Shown: positions 20,105 to 30,894, counted from the stretch's first letter. The stretch is 64,000 nt of DNA from Candidatus Latescibacterota bacterium (GCA_965217865.1 CBDCJO010000002.1:2304001-2368000); one strand, 5' to 3'. Translations and numbers: made by a program. Notes: generated by a model from the sequence alone, not told the origin.

Positions 20105-20623
20105 CTAGTTTCCCGCATCCCTCGGTTCGCCGATCAGATCCTCCATTTTTGTCATCAAGCGCTCGATCGTATCACCGGAACGGTCCAGCCTGGAATTCGT
20201 TTCACGCAACCGCTCTGCCATCATTCGGACCACATTTTGTAATACCTTGAGGAATATCCCTTGCTCGATCTTCAACAGGGCGTCGAATTCCATTTTTCGA
20301 ATCTTAAAACCCGTCACAGCCTGCTTGGTCACAATATCGGCAGAGCGGGGCTCCCCCGTAAACAGACCCATCTCGCCGATGCTCATCCCCGATTTCGCCT
20401 CCCCCAGTTCGGTGCCATCAGGTGTGAGCACCGAGAGTGTCCCGCTCACCAGTAAAAACATCTCATCAGCGGCGTCCCCACACCGGTAGACCGTCTCCCC
20501 TTCATCATAGCGCTCTGGCCGGCAAACCTGCAATAAAGTCATGACCTCCCCTGTGGTCAGCCCCTGAAAAATCGCTACCTTCTGGGCGATTGAGATCAAT
20601 CGTTGTGTTTGCGCTTTGTCCAT
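20105..20623 (-). CDS. Stand-alone cyclic nucleotide-binding domain protein
   Basis: IFQGLT...GDAADEMFLLVSG...IGEMGLFTGEPRSADI; no HTH. Confidence 0.88.
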   Translation of the reverse strand: MDKAQTQRLISIAQKVAIFQGLTTGEVMTLLQVCRPERYDEGETVYRCGDAADEMFLLVSGTLSVLTPDGTELGEAKSGMSIGEMGLFTGEPRSADIVTKQAVTGFKIRKMEFDALLKIEQGIFLKVLQNVVRMMAERLRETNSRLDRSGDTIERLMTKMEDLIGEPRDAGN

Positions 20624-20647
20624 ACGTTCCGTCTCCTGGAACCGTCT

Positions 20648-21253
20648 TTACTCTTTTTTCCCCGGTTCAGGCTCTGGCGCTGGAACTTTCTTTCCCTCAT
20701 CGGCCTCAGGCGCTGGAACATCCTTTGCCTCTTCGGCACTCGACCCGGGATCCTTCTTCACCGCTTCCGCGCTTTTCTCTTCTTTCTCTTCCTCTTGACT
20801 TTTCTTGGCAAATCTTTCGATCTGGATGTTTGCCTCAATGAGACGCTCGCTTAGCAACTGTATGATGTTTTCGAGCACTTTGCAACGCATCGCCCAATCC
20901 CGATCCAGCAGAGCATCTAATTCGGGTTTGCGAATGACAACCCCAACGGTTGCGTCCGTGGATAAGACACTTGCGGATCGAGGTTGGCCCGTGAACACCC
21001 CCATCTCGCCCGTTGACGCCCCCGGCAAAATCTCTCCCAGGACGGCTCCGGTGGCACTGACGGCTTTAAGCTTGCCTTTGACCAGGATCAACATTTCGTC
21101 ACTCGGTTCACCGGCCGTGTAAATCTGTTCCTTTGGTTCGAAATTTTTAAAGTGGCACAAATTGAGAAGACCCTGCAAGTCCCTTGGAGAGAACCCCTTG
21201 AACACCCTCATTTTATTTATGATCTGCTCTAAAAAATATTGTCTCTTGTCCAT
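20648..21253 (-). CDS. Cyclic nucleotide-binding domain protein with charged low-complexity tail
   Basis: GEPSDEMLILVKG...GEMGVFTGQPRSASV; E/K/P-rich C-terminus. Confidence 0.88.
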   Translation of the reverse strand: MDKRQYFLEQIINKMRVFKGFSPRDLQGLLNLCHFKNFEPKEQIYTAGEPSDEMLILVKGKLKAVSATGAVLGEILPGASTGEMGVFTGQPRSASVLSTDATVGVVIRKPELDALLDRDWAMRCKVLENIIQLLSERLIEANIQIERFAKKSQEEEKEEKSAEAVKKDPGSSAEEAKDVPAPEADEGKKVPAPEPEPGKKE

Positions 21254-21290
21254 GGCGAGATAATCCTTTGTCCTGATGCTCTCTTGACAT

Positions 21291-22751
21291 TCAACTTTTA
21301 CTGGGCAGGGTGAGCTTGAAAGACGTTCCTTTGCCGACTTCGCTCACGACCTGGAGATCGCCTCCGTGATTTTCAACGATCCTATTACAAATCGACAAGC
21401 CGAAACCGTGTCCCGTTCGCTTGGTTGTAAAACCGGTTTCGAAAATCTTGGCTAGGACCTCATCTGACATTCCCGGCCCATTGTCGTTCACCTCGACGAC
21501 CACCTTTCCCACATCTCTCAGGTATTCGGTCCTCGCAACGACTTTACCCTTGCCCATAGCGTCAGCGGCGTTGGAGAAGAGGTTAAGGAGAACCTGCTGG
21601 ATTTGGCCGGGGTCGACATTTAACTTTGGGAGTTTCTCTTCAAGACCAAGATCGAACATCACGCTTCGAAACCTGTGCTGGGGCTGGATGAACTCGATTA
21701 GTTTGACAATCAGATCGTTCAGGTCCGTGGCCTGTTTCTTGGCATTCTGTGCTGAGAAGTCCATCAGGCTGGAGGTAAACTTAGATATTTTTTGAACTTG
21801 ATCATTGATTATGCCAAGGGTTTTGACGGCCTGAGGAGATGCCTGGAACTCCGGCCTGGCGCCGAGCAGTTGGGCATGTCCGGAAATGATGAAGATGTAG
21901 TTGTTGAGTTCATGTCCGATATCCGCCGCCATCTGTCCCGACATGGCAAGTTTTTCTGATTGGATAAGTTGGTTTTCGAGAGATTTGACTCCTGTAATAT
22001 CCCTGTTGGCGATGACCGCCCCCAGCACCTGTCCGCTGGGCTGGTATGGAACAACGATCGTATCGATGTAGACCATGCCGGCTTCTTCGTCCTCGTACTC
22101 GACCTGAAAACGGGCATCCTTTCCGTTCTCGATAACACCCTCGATCCGCTCCCGGAACCCTTCCTGTAAATGGGGCAGAAGCACGAATACATCACCTCCG
22201 ATGAAGTGTTCCGGCGACACGTCGTGGGCGATGAGCTGCCAACGATTCGGAGCTCGGTTCCATTCCAGGATGCGCAGGTCCCGGTCCACCACGATGACGC
22301 TGTCATAGATGCTCTGGATCAGATTTTCGTCCACCCGACGCAAACGGCCCGACATGATTCGGACCAGGTTTTCAAGAATAATGTGATGAACAGAGGGGCT
22401 TTTTGCGAAAATCTCGTCGATATAAACCCTTTTAAAAACCCGGACCTTCGTATCGCCTATAGAACGGACAGTGGCGCTTCGGGGATGGCTGTCGACCAGG
22501 GACAGCTCGCCGAAACATTCTCCCGGCCCGAGCGATATGAGGGCTTCCTGTTGCTGGTCCAGAGTCACCTTTTCCACCATCACGGATCCGGACGCCACAA
22601 TGAAAAGGTTGTCGCCTTCTTCCCCTTCGACGATGATCACGTTCCCGTCTGAAAAAGACCGTTCCTCGGAGATGCCGAATAAAGACGCTTTCTCTTCATC
22701 CGTCAGGCCATCAAAGAGAGGTAGATGGAGTTTTTCGAAGGTCGAGGTCAC
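21291..22751 (-). CDS. cNMP-binding + PAS sensor histidine kinase (soluble)
   Basis: FGELSLVDSHPRSATV; PAS-like region; H box IGHELNN, N box LNLFSNAADA, DNGPG, GFTTK..GHGFGL. Confidence 0.92.
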   Translation of the reverse strand: MTSTFEKLHLPLFDGLTDEEKASLFGISEERSFSDGNVIIVEGEEGDNLFIVASGSVMVEKVTLDQQQEALISLGPGECFGELSLVDSHPRSATVRSIGDTKVRVFKRVYIDEIFAKSPSVHHIILENLVRIMSGRLRRVDENLIQSIYDSVIVVDRDLRILEWNRAPNRWQLIAHDVSPEHFIGGDVFVLLPHLQEGFRERIEGVIENGKDARFQVEYEDEEAGMVYIDTIVVPYQPSGQVLGAVIANRDITGVKSLENQLIQSEKLAMSGQMAADIGHELNNYIFIISGHAQLLGARPEFQASPQAVKTLGIINDQVQKISKFTSSLMDFSAQNAKKQATDLNDLIVKLIEFIQPQHRFRSVMFDLGLEEKLPKLNVDPGQIQQVLLNLFSNAADAMGKGKVVARTEYLRDVGKVVVEVNDNGPGMSDEVLAKIFETGFTTKRTGHGFGLSICNRIVENHGGDLQVVSEVGKGTSFKLTLPSKS

Positions 22752-22859
22752 GTCGATTGCACCCTTTCGTATTCTATATTCGGATGATTCACCGACAACT
22801 GACTTCAGAATCGATTAAAAAGAAACGATGTAAATTCTATAAGGAATTTTCGGCCCATA

Positions 22860-22970
22860 CGGAAAAACCGCACCTCTGCGGATGCGGTTTATCACCGTCG
22901 ATCTCCTGAGATGCCTTAATACTACCACCACCTCCCGACGTGAAGGCAAGGATATCAGGGAGAATTTACC
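22860..22970 (-). ncRNA. Candidate structured small RNA or leader
   Basis: Upstream TTGACT-N17-AATATT; long imperfect stem 22902..22963; terminator stem 22865..22890 plus U tract. Confidence 0.35.
22863..22890 (-). terminator. Rho-independent terminator
   Basis: aaaccgca-N10-tgcggttt followed by tt on the minus strand. Confidence 0.6.
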
Positions 22971-23061
22971 CCGTAAATATTGCCCTCTCGGGGGCGAAAG
23001 TCAAGTAGAATCCAACTTAGTTCCTCTCTCTACCTCCAACCCCCATTTTCGCCTCAAGGAT

Positions 23062-23220
23062 TTCAAATCTTCAATCTTCGATCTTCAATTTTCCCTGACA
23101 TCCGACCTTTGACCCCTGCCTTTGCCTTTCCTGCCACTGCCATCTGCTACTGCCTTTTCCCGTCTCACATCTCACGTCTCACGGTTTTCTTTTCCCTGAC
23201 CTCCGACCTCTAGCCTCTTT
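23062..23220. repeat. Intergenic repeat mosaic
   Basis: (tcttcRa)x3, ctgacat-ccgacct, ctgcca units, (tctcacR)x3, ctgacct-ccgacct. Confidence 0.9.
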
Positions 23221-23223
23221 CAC

Positions 23224-24978
23224 CTATCCATCGGTCGGCAGACAATACGGATTCTCGATCATATATCCGTCCAGGGAAATCATTGGAACGACGCGGAAAA
23301 AGCTATCCGCGAACGCCTTCATCTCTGGAAATTCGTCCCTGTGACCCAGCAACCGGTGCATGGCCCATCCGCTCAGGCGATTTGACCTTCCGTGGCTGTC
23401 CCAGAAGCAGAGTCCGTCCACACCCGCCTCGTAGCAGGCCATGGCCCGGACCCGCATCGAATCCGCCGACTGCCTTCTGGGATACAGGTCCGCATGTACC
23501 TGAGTCTGGGTCCCTTTCGCCAGATCTACACAGGTTTTGATGATAGGAACCCTGTCGCTGGCATCCGGTTTCCCCACGCCTTCGATGTGCACCACGAAGT
23601 GGTCCACCAGTCCCTCCTTCACCCACGTCTCCGGATCTATTCCGTGAGAGCGAGCTCCTGTAAACAGACCCAGATCCGGGCAACCCTTCACCCCGTAGCT
23701 ATCTACAGGTACGACATAGCAGGTGCCCAGGCGACGGCCTTGCTTTGCCCCGACCTCATCCAGCATCTCCCGGGTTTCACGCAGAAGTTGGGTGAGAAAT
23801 TCTGCCCGGTGGTTGAGGACCCGCTCGTCGAAGGGATCCATCTCTTTCATATTCTCACCGTACTTCTCGCGGAAAGACCGGGTGACAGGTTCCTCGTAGA
23901 GGGCATAAGGCCAGGAGCGGCAGAAGATGATGCACACACCATCAGCCCCATAATCCTCCACCCACTCCCGGAACAGTTCGACGTACTTGGCCCGGACTTC
24001 CGGGAAGGCCTGGCTCAGATGGTGGGTCCGGTATCCCTCCCGTGTGAGGCACCGCCACTCGGGATGTTGCGTCTGGAAATCACCGGGGCCCACATAGCCC
24101 CGATGGTTTGGTGGGAGTTGCTCGCCGATCATCCGCACCTGCGCATAGATCTCGATCCCGATGTCATGGGCACACTGCACCGCCTCTTTCAGGGGATCAA
24201 ATCCGTGACGGCGATATCGGTCCAGAGTCTGCCAGGCTTTTCGGATTCGACCCGGCAGGCCGAAGGACCACTTCATCTCGGAACCTACATGGGAGGGATA
24301 GAAGGTCGCGAAGGATCCCGCGCATCCCCAGAGCATCATCCTGAAGTCGCTGTTGGCCAGGGCCTGGAACTCGTCCACCATCTCCTGATGCGTGGCATAG
24401 GCCCACATGTTGTGCTGCCCGGAATCGTAGTTGGCGATCAGAAGCCGGGTGTCCGTTCGAGTTAAATCGTGCTCAGCACGCTTCTGTTCCGCACGGGACA
24501 GAGGCACGAGACGGATATAGGAAATATTTGTAGCCCTCTCGGACATTTCGCCCCCTGAAGGCCGATGAAAGATGATCTCCCGTCCTGTAAGGTCCGCCGA
24601 CTTCCAGTAGGCCTCGCAGAGATCCGTTGCTCCGGGAATCATCTCCTCCGCCACCAGATCCTTTCCGACACGAAAGTTCTCGGGCACAGATCTGGTAAAT
24701 CCCGGATCATCACTCAACTTGATCAGGAGACACGTCGACGGATTAAGCGGAGGAAGGAAAGTCCCAACGAAGATGTGGTGCCATCCGGTCACCCCGGGTG
24801 ACAGCCTGATCGGAGGCGCCGCCGTGTCCGGACCGCAGAAAAGCATCTTGCCCTCTCCCTGCTCGATCGCGAAGTCAACGGCCGTCCACTTGCCCTTCTC
24901 AAAGTCCTCGGATACGGCATCCCGGGGTTCACAAGCCGTCATATCCAACAGATAGATCGATTCGTTTTCCCTGTCCAT
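23224..24978 (-). CDS. GHL10/DUF187-like glycoside hydrolase, paralog of 7266..9029
   Basis: Shares motifs throughout, e.g. ADLYPRRQS.DSMRVRAM and GWAMHR.LGH. Confidence 0.78.
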   Translation of the reverse strand: MDRENESIYLLDMTACEPRDAVSEDFEKGKWTAVDFAIEQGEGKMLFCGPDTAAPPIRLSPGVTGWHHIFVGTFLPPLNPSTCLLIKLSDDPGFTRSVPENFRVGKDLVAEEMIPGATDLCEAYWKSADLTGREIIFHRPSGGEMSERATNISYIRLVPLSRAEQKRAEHDLTRTDTRLLIANYDSGQHNMWAYATHQEMVDEFQALANSDFRMMLWGCAGSFATFYPSHVGSEMKWSFGLPGRIRKAWQTLDRYRRHGFDPLKEAVQCAHDIGIEIYAQVRMIGEQLPPNHRGYVGPGDFQTQHPEWRCLTREGYRTHHLSQAFPEVRAKYVELFREWVEDYGADGVCIIFCRSWPYALYEEPVTRSFREKYGENMKEMDPFDERVLNHRAEFLTQLLRETREMLDEVGAKQGRRLGTCYVVPVDSYGVKGCPDLGLFTGARSHGIDPETWVKEGLVDHFVVHIEGVGKPDASDRVPIIKTCVDLAKGTQTQVHADLYPRRQSADSMRVRAMACYEAGVDGLCFWDSHGRSNRLSGWAMHRLLGHRDEFPEMKAFADSFFRVVPMISLDGYMIENPYCLPTDG

Positions 24979-25063
24979 GACTCGCCTCCCTTCGTTCCAG
25001 GTTTAATAGTCTTCGGCCAATAATTCTTCACACTCTCCGCCACTTAACGTTCTCTGGGTCTTT

Positions 25064-25168
25064 CCTTTCCCCGACCTCTGACCTCTGACCTCTGGCCTTC
25101 GACATCTGCCCTTGCCATTCCTGCCACTGCTACTGCTTTTCTCTTAGCTCCGACCCCTGGCCTCTGAC
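25064..25168. repeat. Intergenic repeat mosaic
   Basis: ccgacct(ctgacct)x2, ctgccactgcta. Confidence 0.85.
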
Positions 25169-26224
25169 TTACCATTCCGTTTGGACGACCTTACCGTTCA
25201 GCAGAGCAGAGCGAAAATCCTCAAGCGACAGTTTCTCCGTCCTGACAAGAGTTCCCTCATACCGGGTGTGGCCCCCACAACCGACACTCATCACAACACG
25301 GCCGGATCGTGCGTCTATACCGACGTGGCGCTCGATCGGTTCACCCCAGAGGTCCACCCTTGTGACGGAAGCCGGGGGGAAGTCGACCACCACAACGTGA
25401 GGGGGGTCCATGATCCCGTGGATCCCTTCGAAGAATTGGGCTGCGAAACGCCCGTCTTTCGTCTTGACGATATAGAGGCGGACATGGTCGGGCATGGAGA
25501 TGTCGTCCTCGACGACCGTGGCCTCCAACAGCATGGGGCTGCAGGAGCGGTTGATAAACTCGAAGCTGCGCTTCATCGGCCTGGACAGACCAAAGGCGCG
25601 GGCCATGTGAATCGGGAAAGTCGCACTGCAGTAGGACCAATCTCCGCCGAATACCACAAACTCGACACTGGCCGGGTCGAAGGTATAGCCGCGTTCTTCC
25701 AGCTGCCTCCTGAGATCGAAAGCCCAGGCCTTGGAAAGAGCCCAGTTGCGAAGCTCCGGTCCCGTCTCCATACCCGGAACGGCGTCGTCAGTTTCCATGA
25801 GTGCCCGTTCCTGGAGTCCTCGATTCTTCAGGGCCTGGATGCGGTCCTCCTCTATTCCCTCGAAGAGGCTGTCGCCGGGCTCGCCCATCTCCGCCCGCAT
25901 TCTATTCCAATCCGCTCTGGAATAAGTGCCTCCGAACCGGCAGACGACGCAACGGGGGCCGAATTGTTCCTGGGAAAACCGGGTCAGCGCTTTGTTTGCG
26001 TCGAAATTCGGATCCGGCAGCAGGAAGATGCCTTCATCCTCGCAGGGGTCACTGATCAACCGGTAAATCATCTCTTTCTGCTCTAACTCAGCCTTGTAAC
26101 TAAGCTCGCACCTTCCCGGGAATTGGTCCCACCCGGGCTCTTTTCGTCTCGGGTCACCCGGGGGAAGATCAAGCCAGACCAGCGAGTGAACGGAAAGGTA
26201 TATCTTGCGCAGTGTGATCATCAT
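25169..26224 (-). CDS. Hypothetical protein
   Basis: Long ORF in operon context; GGAGAA RBS before ATG at 26224; no family recognised. Confidence 0.7.
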   Translation of the reverse strand: MMITLRKIYLSVHSLVWLDLPPGDPRRKEPGWDQFPGRCELSYKAELEQKEMIYRLISDPCEDEGIFLLPDPNFDANKALTRFSQEQFGPRCVVCRFGGTYSRADWNRMRAEMGEPGDSLFEGIEEDRIQALKNRGLQERALMETDDAVPGMETGPELRNWALSKAWAFDLRRQLEERGYTFDPASVEFVVFGGDWSYCSATFPIHMARAFGLSRPMKRSFEFINRSCSPMLLEATVVEDDISMPDHVRLYIVKTKDGRFAAQFFEGIHGIMDPPHVVVVDFPPASVTRVDLWGEPIERHVGIDARSGRVVMSVGCGGHTRYEGTLVRTEKLSLEDFRSALLNGKVVQTEW

Positions 26225-26231
26225 TTCTCCA

Positions 26232-27898
26232 TTACGCCTGCGTTGGCCAGCTCGCGGAAACATCGGCCTCGACGGCCTCGACAACGAGCGATCCGACTTC
26301 CGGTCTTTCCGCGAGGGAACGCAGCCGGAGGTACGACAGCCCGCCTGATTCCCGTCGTAGATGCAGTGAACCTACCTGCTCGCCGTCCAGCAAGACCTGG
26401 CACTGCCATGCCTCGCAATCCCAGTGGAGTTCTAGATCGTGCCAGCGTCCCTTTTGCAGTTTCCCCCCGATGCTCATATTGCCATCCGGGGCGATGTCCA
26501 GATTGACCACGTTGTTGAGCACGTCTTCAAAATCGAACGGGGTGGAGAAGTGGTCTGTGAGCCCGATGTTGACGCCATGTTTTCCATCCTGAACCATCAG
26601 TCGCAGTCGCAAAATGCCCTTTTTTCCTATCGGAAAGTTCCAGACCGCCGTCGCCGGAAACTCATGGTCTGTTCTTTGAATGCGCAGAACCTTGGTTTTT
26701 GTTCTCTCCGGATGGGGCGCCGTTTCGACGCCCCTCGTTCCGAACACGGACCAGTCGTCGAGTCCCTCCCAGAAATCGGTGCTCTGAGCCGTTTCTTCCA
26801 GATATGCGGGGGTCCATGCGTATGACGCGCACTCGACCCTCGCCCTGCCCGGTACGGACGATCACCGCATTATCCGCGGTTGTCGCCGGAAATGGGTATG
26901 CCGTTCCGAAGTCTCCTTTTGTGGGTGGGGGTTCGTTTCGGAGCGGGTCCCGACCTACCTCACGATAGCCCCGCCATGTGTCTCCATCATCATCCGAAAT
27001 GGCTGCGTGGATTACGTGTCGACCGCCGTAGGCGTAGGGAAACCGGAGGCAGTTGTTCCAGAACAGAACGATGCGCCCGTCATCCAGCCGGAGGATGCCG
27101 GCCGGAGAATCAGACGAGATGAAACGCGAAGGCCGTGGCTTCGACCAGGAGGCCCCGTCATCCGAGAACGACTCATATATCCGCCCCATCTGCGTACGCA
27201 TCAACATCCAAACGCGTCTGTCCTCGAGTTCTAACACCACCGGCTCATTCCGCACCGAAGGCAAAGGTTATGTCCGGCACGACTCCCTTGGCATCGTCGG
27301 AAAGTGTCCAGCTCGTACCCCCGTCGTCGCTGTAGATCGCGACGGAATTGAAGGCGCCAATGAACGTGAATGCTTCCAGACCTTCATTACGGTTGCGCCA
27401 GGTGCGCGATGTCGCATAGGAGAACGGTAGAAGAATCCTTCCGTTCCTGAGCTGGATGACTGAATTCAACGCCCCGGCATATCCCTTCCAGATGCACTTG
27501 GGAGCCTGCCAGTGTTGACGCTCGTTCTCCGTGCGCGCGTGCCAGATGTCGATCCGCTGCCCGCGATACCTGAACCACCCTTCTTCTTCCCTTTCCGCCT
27601 CGCCGCTGTCATCGGGCTTCCACATGCGGAGTAGAAACGCATGGACCTCCCCCTGTTGGTCAACAAGCGCAACAGTCACTCCCCCCAGCCCCTCAGGCTG
27701 ATCAGCAAGCGAGAAGAGCGTCCGGGGCACGCTCCAGGTCATGCCGTTGTCATCGGAAAAAAGGCCAGAGACCACCCGGTCACTTCGGTCCGCGTCGTGG
27801 ACGAAGGCCATCAACGCGCCGTCGGGGAACCGTACGATCAGGGGGACCTCCTCAAACACGTCCGCTCCGATCCGCTTCAGTAATTCACACCTCGCCAC
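26232..27898 (-). CDS. BNR/Asp-box sialidase-like protein with C-terminal beta domain; two 1-nt frameshifts
   Basis: Three ORFs join by removing one base at ~27250 (FGA|NEP) and ~26810 (G5 run on the + strand, MDP|AYLE); Asp boxes SDDNGMTW, SDDGGTSW, SDDGASW, SDDDGDTW; GTAYP. Confidence 0.75.
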
Positions 27899-27925
27899 GG
27901 TCGTCTCTCCTGTGCCTTCTGTTCC

Positions 27926-28037
27926 TCATACCCATACCCCACACGCTCTCTCCCCGGCACCTGACGCCTGACTTTGCATTTGGTCTTCTTCTGACTTCTG
28001 TATTCTGTACTCCGGGGAGGGTGGAATGGAAGGGTCT
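27926..28037. repeat. Intergenic repeat mosaic, homologous to 32160..32300
   Basis: catacc units, ctgacg, ttctgacttctgtattctgta...ggaagggtctt. Confidence 0.75.
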
Positions 28038-28093
28038 TCATTCCGACTTCGGATAATTGTACTTCTCCCCGGGCGGCGGCACCTCAAGCCTAG

Positions 28094-29615
28094 CAGCCTG
28101 TTGAAAAAGTGCGTTTATGCCAAGATGACTGTTGTCTTTCCTTGTGGTTTGGTCCTATGATATATCAGGTTCAAACTGAGAAGGGAGGACGAGCAAATGG
28201 CAATGGGAAAACGAGGCAGAGACAGGAAAACCTGTTCATCGCATCGAACACTTTGGTGAAATCTCCGGGTCATCCGTTCTACGAGAAGCTGAATCAGGTA
28301 TTGGGGGCGAACGGCTTCGACGAGTTCGTCGAGGGGCTTTGCCAGCGGTATTACGCTCCTCATATGGGTCGCAAGGGCATTCCGCCCGGGGTTTATTTTC
28401 GGATGCTTTTGATTGGGTATTTCGAGGGACTTGATTCGGAACGTGGGATCGAATGGCGTGTATCTGACTCGCTGACGTTGCGCCGGTTTTTGGGGTATGC
28501 CCTTGACGAACAGACCCCGGATCATTCCAGCCTGTCTCGCATCCGGCATCGGCTTCCCTTGGAAGTTCACGAAGCGGTTTTCAAGTGGATCCTGAGGGTC
28601 TTGTGCAAAGCGGGTCTGGTGAAGGGGAAGACGTTGGGCGTGGATGCTACGACACTGGAGGCCAACGCCGCGATGCGCAGCATTGTACGCCGTGACACGG
28701 GTGAAGGCTACCAGGCATTCCTTGAGAATCTGGCCAAGGCCTCGGGCATTGAAACGCCTACCCGCGAGGACTTGTCCAAGATCGATAAGAAGCGACCGAA
28801 GAAGGGATCGAACCAGGACTGGGAGCACCCGCACGACCCGGATGCCAAGATCGCTAAGATGAAGGACGGTCGCACGCACATGGCGCACAAGGTGGAGCAC
28901 GCGGTGGATCTGGACACCAATGCCATTGTGGCAGTGGCGTTGTCGGGAGCAGATGAAGGAGATACCGAGTCGTTGCCCTGGACGCTGCTCGAGGCGCAGC
29001 TCAATCTCAAGCAGGTCGCGAAGGACGAAAAAGCTGCCAAACGTTTGCACAGACAGCGTATACGGGAGGTGGTTGCGGACAAAGGATATCATAGCAACGA
29101 TGTATTGACCAGTCTGAAGCAAGGCGGCATCCGGAGTTACATTTCAGAACCGGATCGGGGACGCCGCAAGTGGAACGGCCGACGAGATGAGCAGGCCGCG
29201 GTATATGCGAATCGACGCCGGATCAAGGGAGATCGCGGCAAGGCCTTGCGCCGAAGTCGTGCAGAACGGGTGGAAAGAACCATCGCTCACACATATGATA
29301 CCGGTGGCATGCGCAGGTTGCACTTGAGAGACCGCGGCAATATCCTCAAGCGTTTGCTGATCCACATCGGGGGCTGCAACCTGGCTCTGCTCATGCGCAA
29401 AGTGATGGGCGTAGGTACTCCGAAGGCCCTCCAGGACCTGGCCAAGGCCTTGCAGCGTCTACTGCTCGTCCTACAATCACGTTTGCTGCCCTCGGTCACC
29501 TTTTTAACCTCTTATCAGCGTCTCCTGCTCAATCTCCTTACCTTGATTTATCCGACCCGCACTCCAGGCGTCTTTTCCGTTTATGTGCGTTGAAAGGTAG
29601 TTCTTCAACGGGCTG
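28094..29615 (+). mobile_element. IS1182/IS5-like insertion sequence
   Basis: TIR CAGCCTGTTGAAAAAGT vs CAGCCCGTTGAAGAACT (14/17); CTAG TSD at 28090..28093 and 29616..29619. Confidence 0.9.
28197..29593 (+). CDS. DDE transposase (DUF772-like N-terminus + DDE); RBS-linked start is out of frame by one base
   Basis: GRKGIPPGVYFRMLL, TPDHSSLSRIR, GVDATTLEANA, ADKGY, VERTIAH; GGAGG precedes ATG at 28197. Confidence 0.88.
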
Positions 29616-30894
29616 CTAGGCCCGTACACGCCCCGGTAACTCCGTGTCCAACGGCTTCCTCCCACAAACACCCAGTCCCTGCTATCATCGTCATACTTCT
29701 TGGCCTGAAAAGGAGTGAACAGCGTACCGTCGGAACACTCCACCGTGTTGACCGTGCACAGGCCGTCGGAGACGGGAATGTCGTCGCGGAGCACCTACTT
29801 CCTCACTCCAGGTCTTGCCGTGGTCAGAGGTGAAACGCGCGCGCACACCGTAGGGCTGCGCAAACCGCCTCTGGTAGGAGCATACTATCGTTCCATCGGC
29901 CAATGCTGTCGGCCAGGGATGCTTGGCGCGAATCGGTGTCTGTTGCGGCTCAGACCAGCTCCTGCCTCCGTCCGAAGACGATATGCAATAGGCAAAGTTG
30001 GCCAGCTCCGTGCGCAGGATGACGAACATGCTGCCGTCGCCATTGATGATTGGAAAAGTCTCGTTGAAGCCTTGCTGGGCCGGCGACTTCTTGCCGTCGG
30101 CCGCGCGGACCGCTTCCCACGTCTCGCCGGCGTCGTCGGATCGTACGCAGTAGACGCTCCAGCGCCCATGGCCGTAACTGTGGAGGCGGCCCTCCACCGT
30201 CGCGGAATGATCCTCCTTTGCGGAGATGCGTTCCTCCGGGGTACAGCCATAGGCGAAGTAGACTAGGGAGCCATCCTCCAGCAGTCGCAACGGGCCGCGT
30301 GCTACGAAGTGCGCGAAGAAGGGCAACTGCTCGTAGATGTCCCGCTTCTCCCAGGTCTTGCCGCCGTCCGTTGATCGCTTCTGCCACATGTCATAGATGA
30401 TGGCGCAGAAGTTCTGCCCGGATCCCGCTTCTCCCCGGTTGCCTGGGCCGGCGGCCTCCTTCCCGCCCAGGTCCCACACATGATACCCTCCTTCTCCAGC
30501 CGCTTCACCTCCGTCCGCGGGTACCGGACATAGCCGCTGCCGCCCACCTCGATGATGGTGCCACCGGGCATCGTTACGCGATTGTGGCTCGGCCCCGGCC
30601 ACGGCTGGTCGGTGATCTGCCAGGTCAGCCCTTGGTCCTCCGAGACGAGCACGATGCTGCTGGCCACGAACCACCCGGCGTCACTGGTCTGACTGGCATC
30701 AAAACTGATGCTCACAGTCATCCATATTTTGTCCTGCTCATCGAGGTGGAGCAGCCCCGCGCTCACGTTCTCGTACTGCGGGCTGCTCAGGATGTCGACG
30801 TCAATTTTCCAGGGCTTTGATGAATCCGGCACAAAAACCTCCAATCGTCAATTTGCCCAGGTTCGATTCGGTTCCCGATCCCCGCCCTTCACGC

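Larger units (their letters stand above)
28038..30832 (-). pseudogene. Asp-box propeller paralog A, interrupted by an IS near its 3' end, plus two 1-nt frameshifts
   Basis: GTG start (DSSKPWKIDVDIL); removing the IS restores ...RGVYGPRLEVPPPGEKYNYPKSE*; frameshifts at ~30487 and ~29795. Confidence 0.85.

Noticed and set aside
22860-22970. Assignment as 6S RNA, SRP RNA or a known riboswitch
   Set aside because: Too short for 6S, and diagnostic motifs of SRP, fluoride and c-di-GMP riboswitches were not found.
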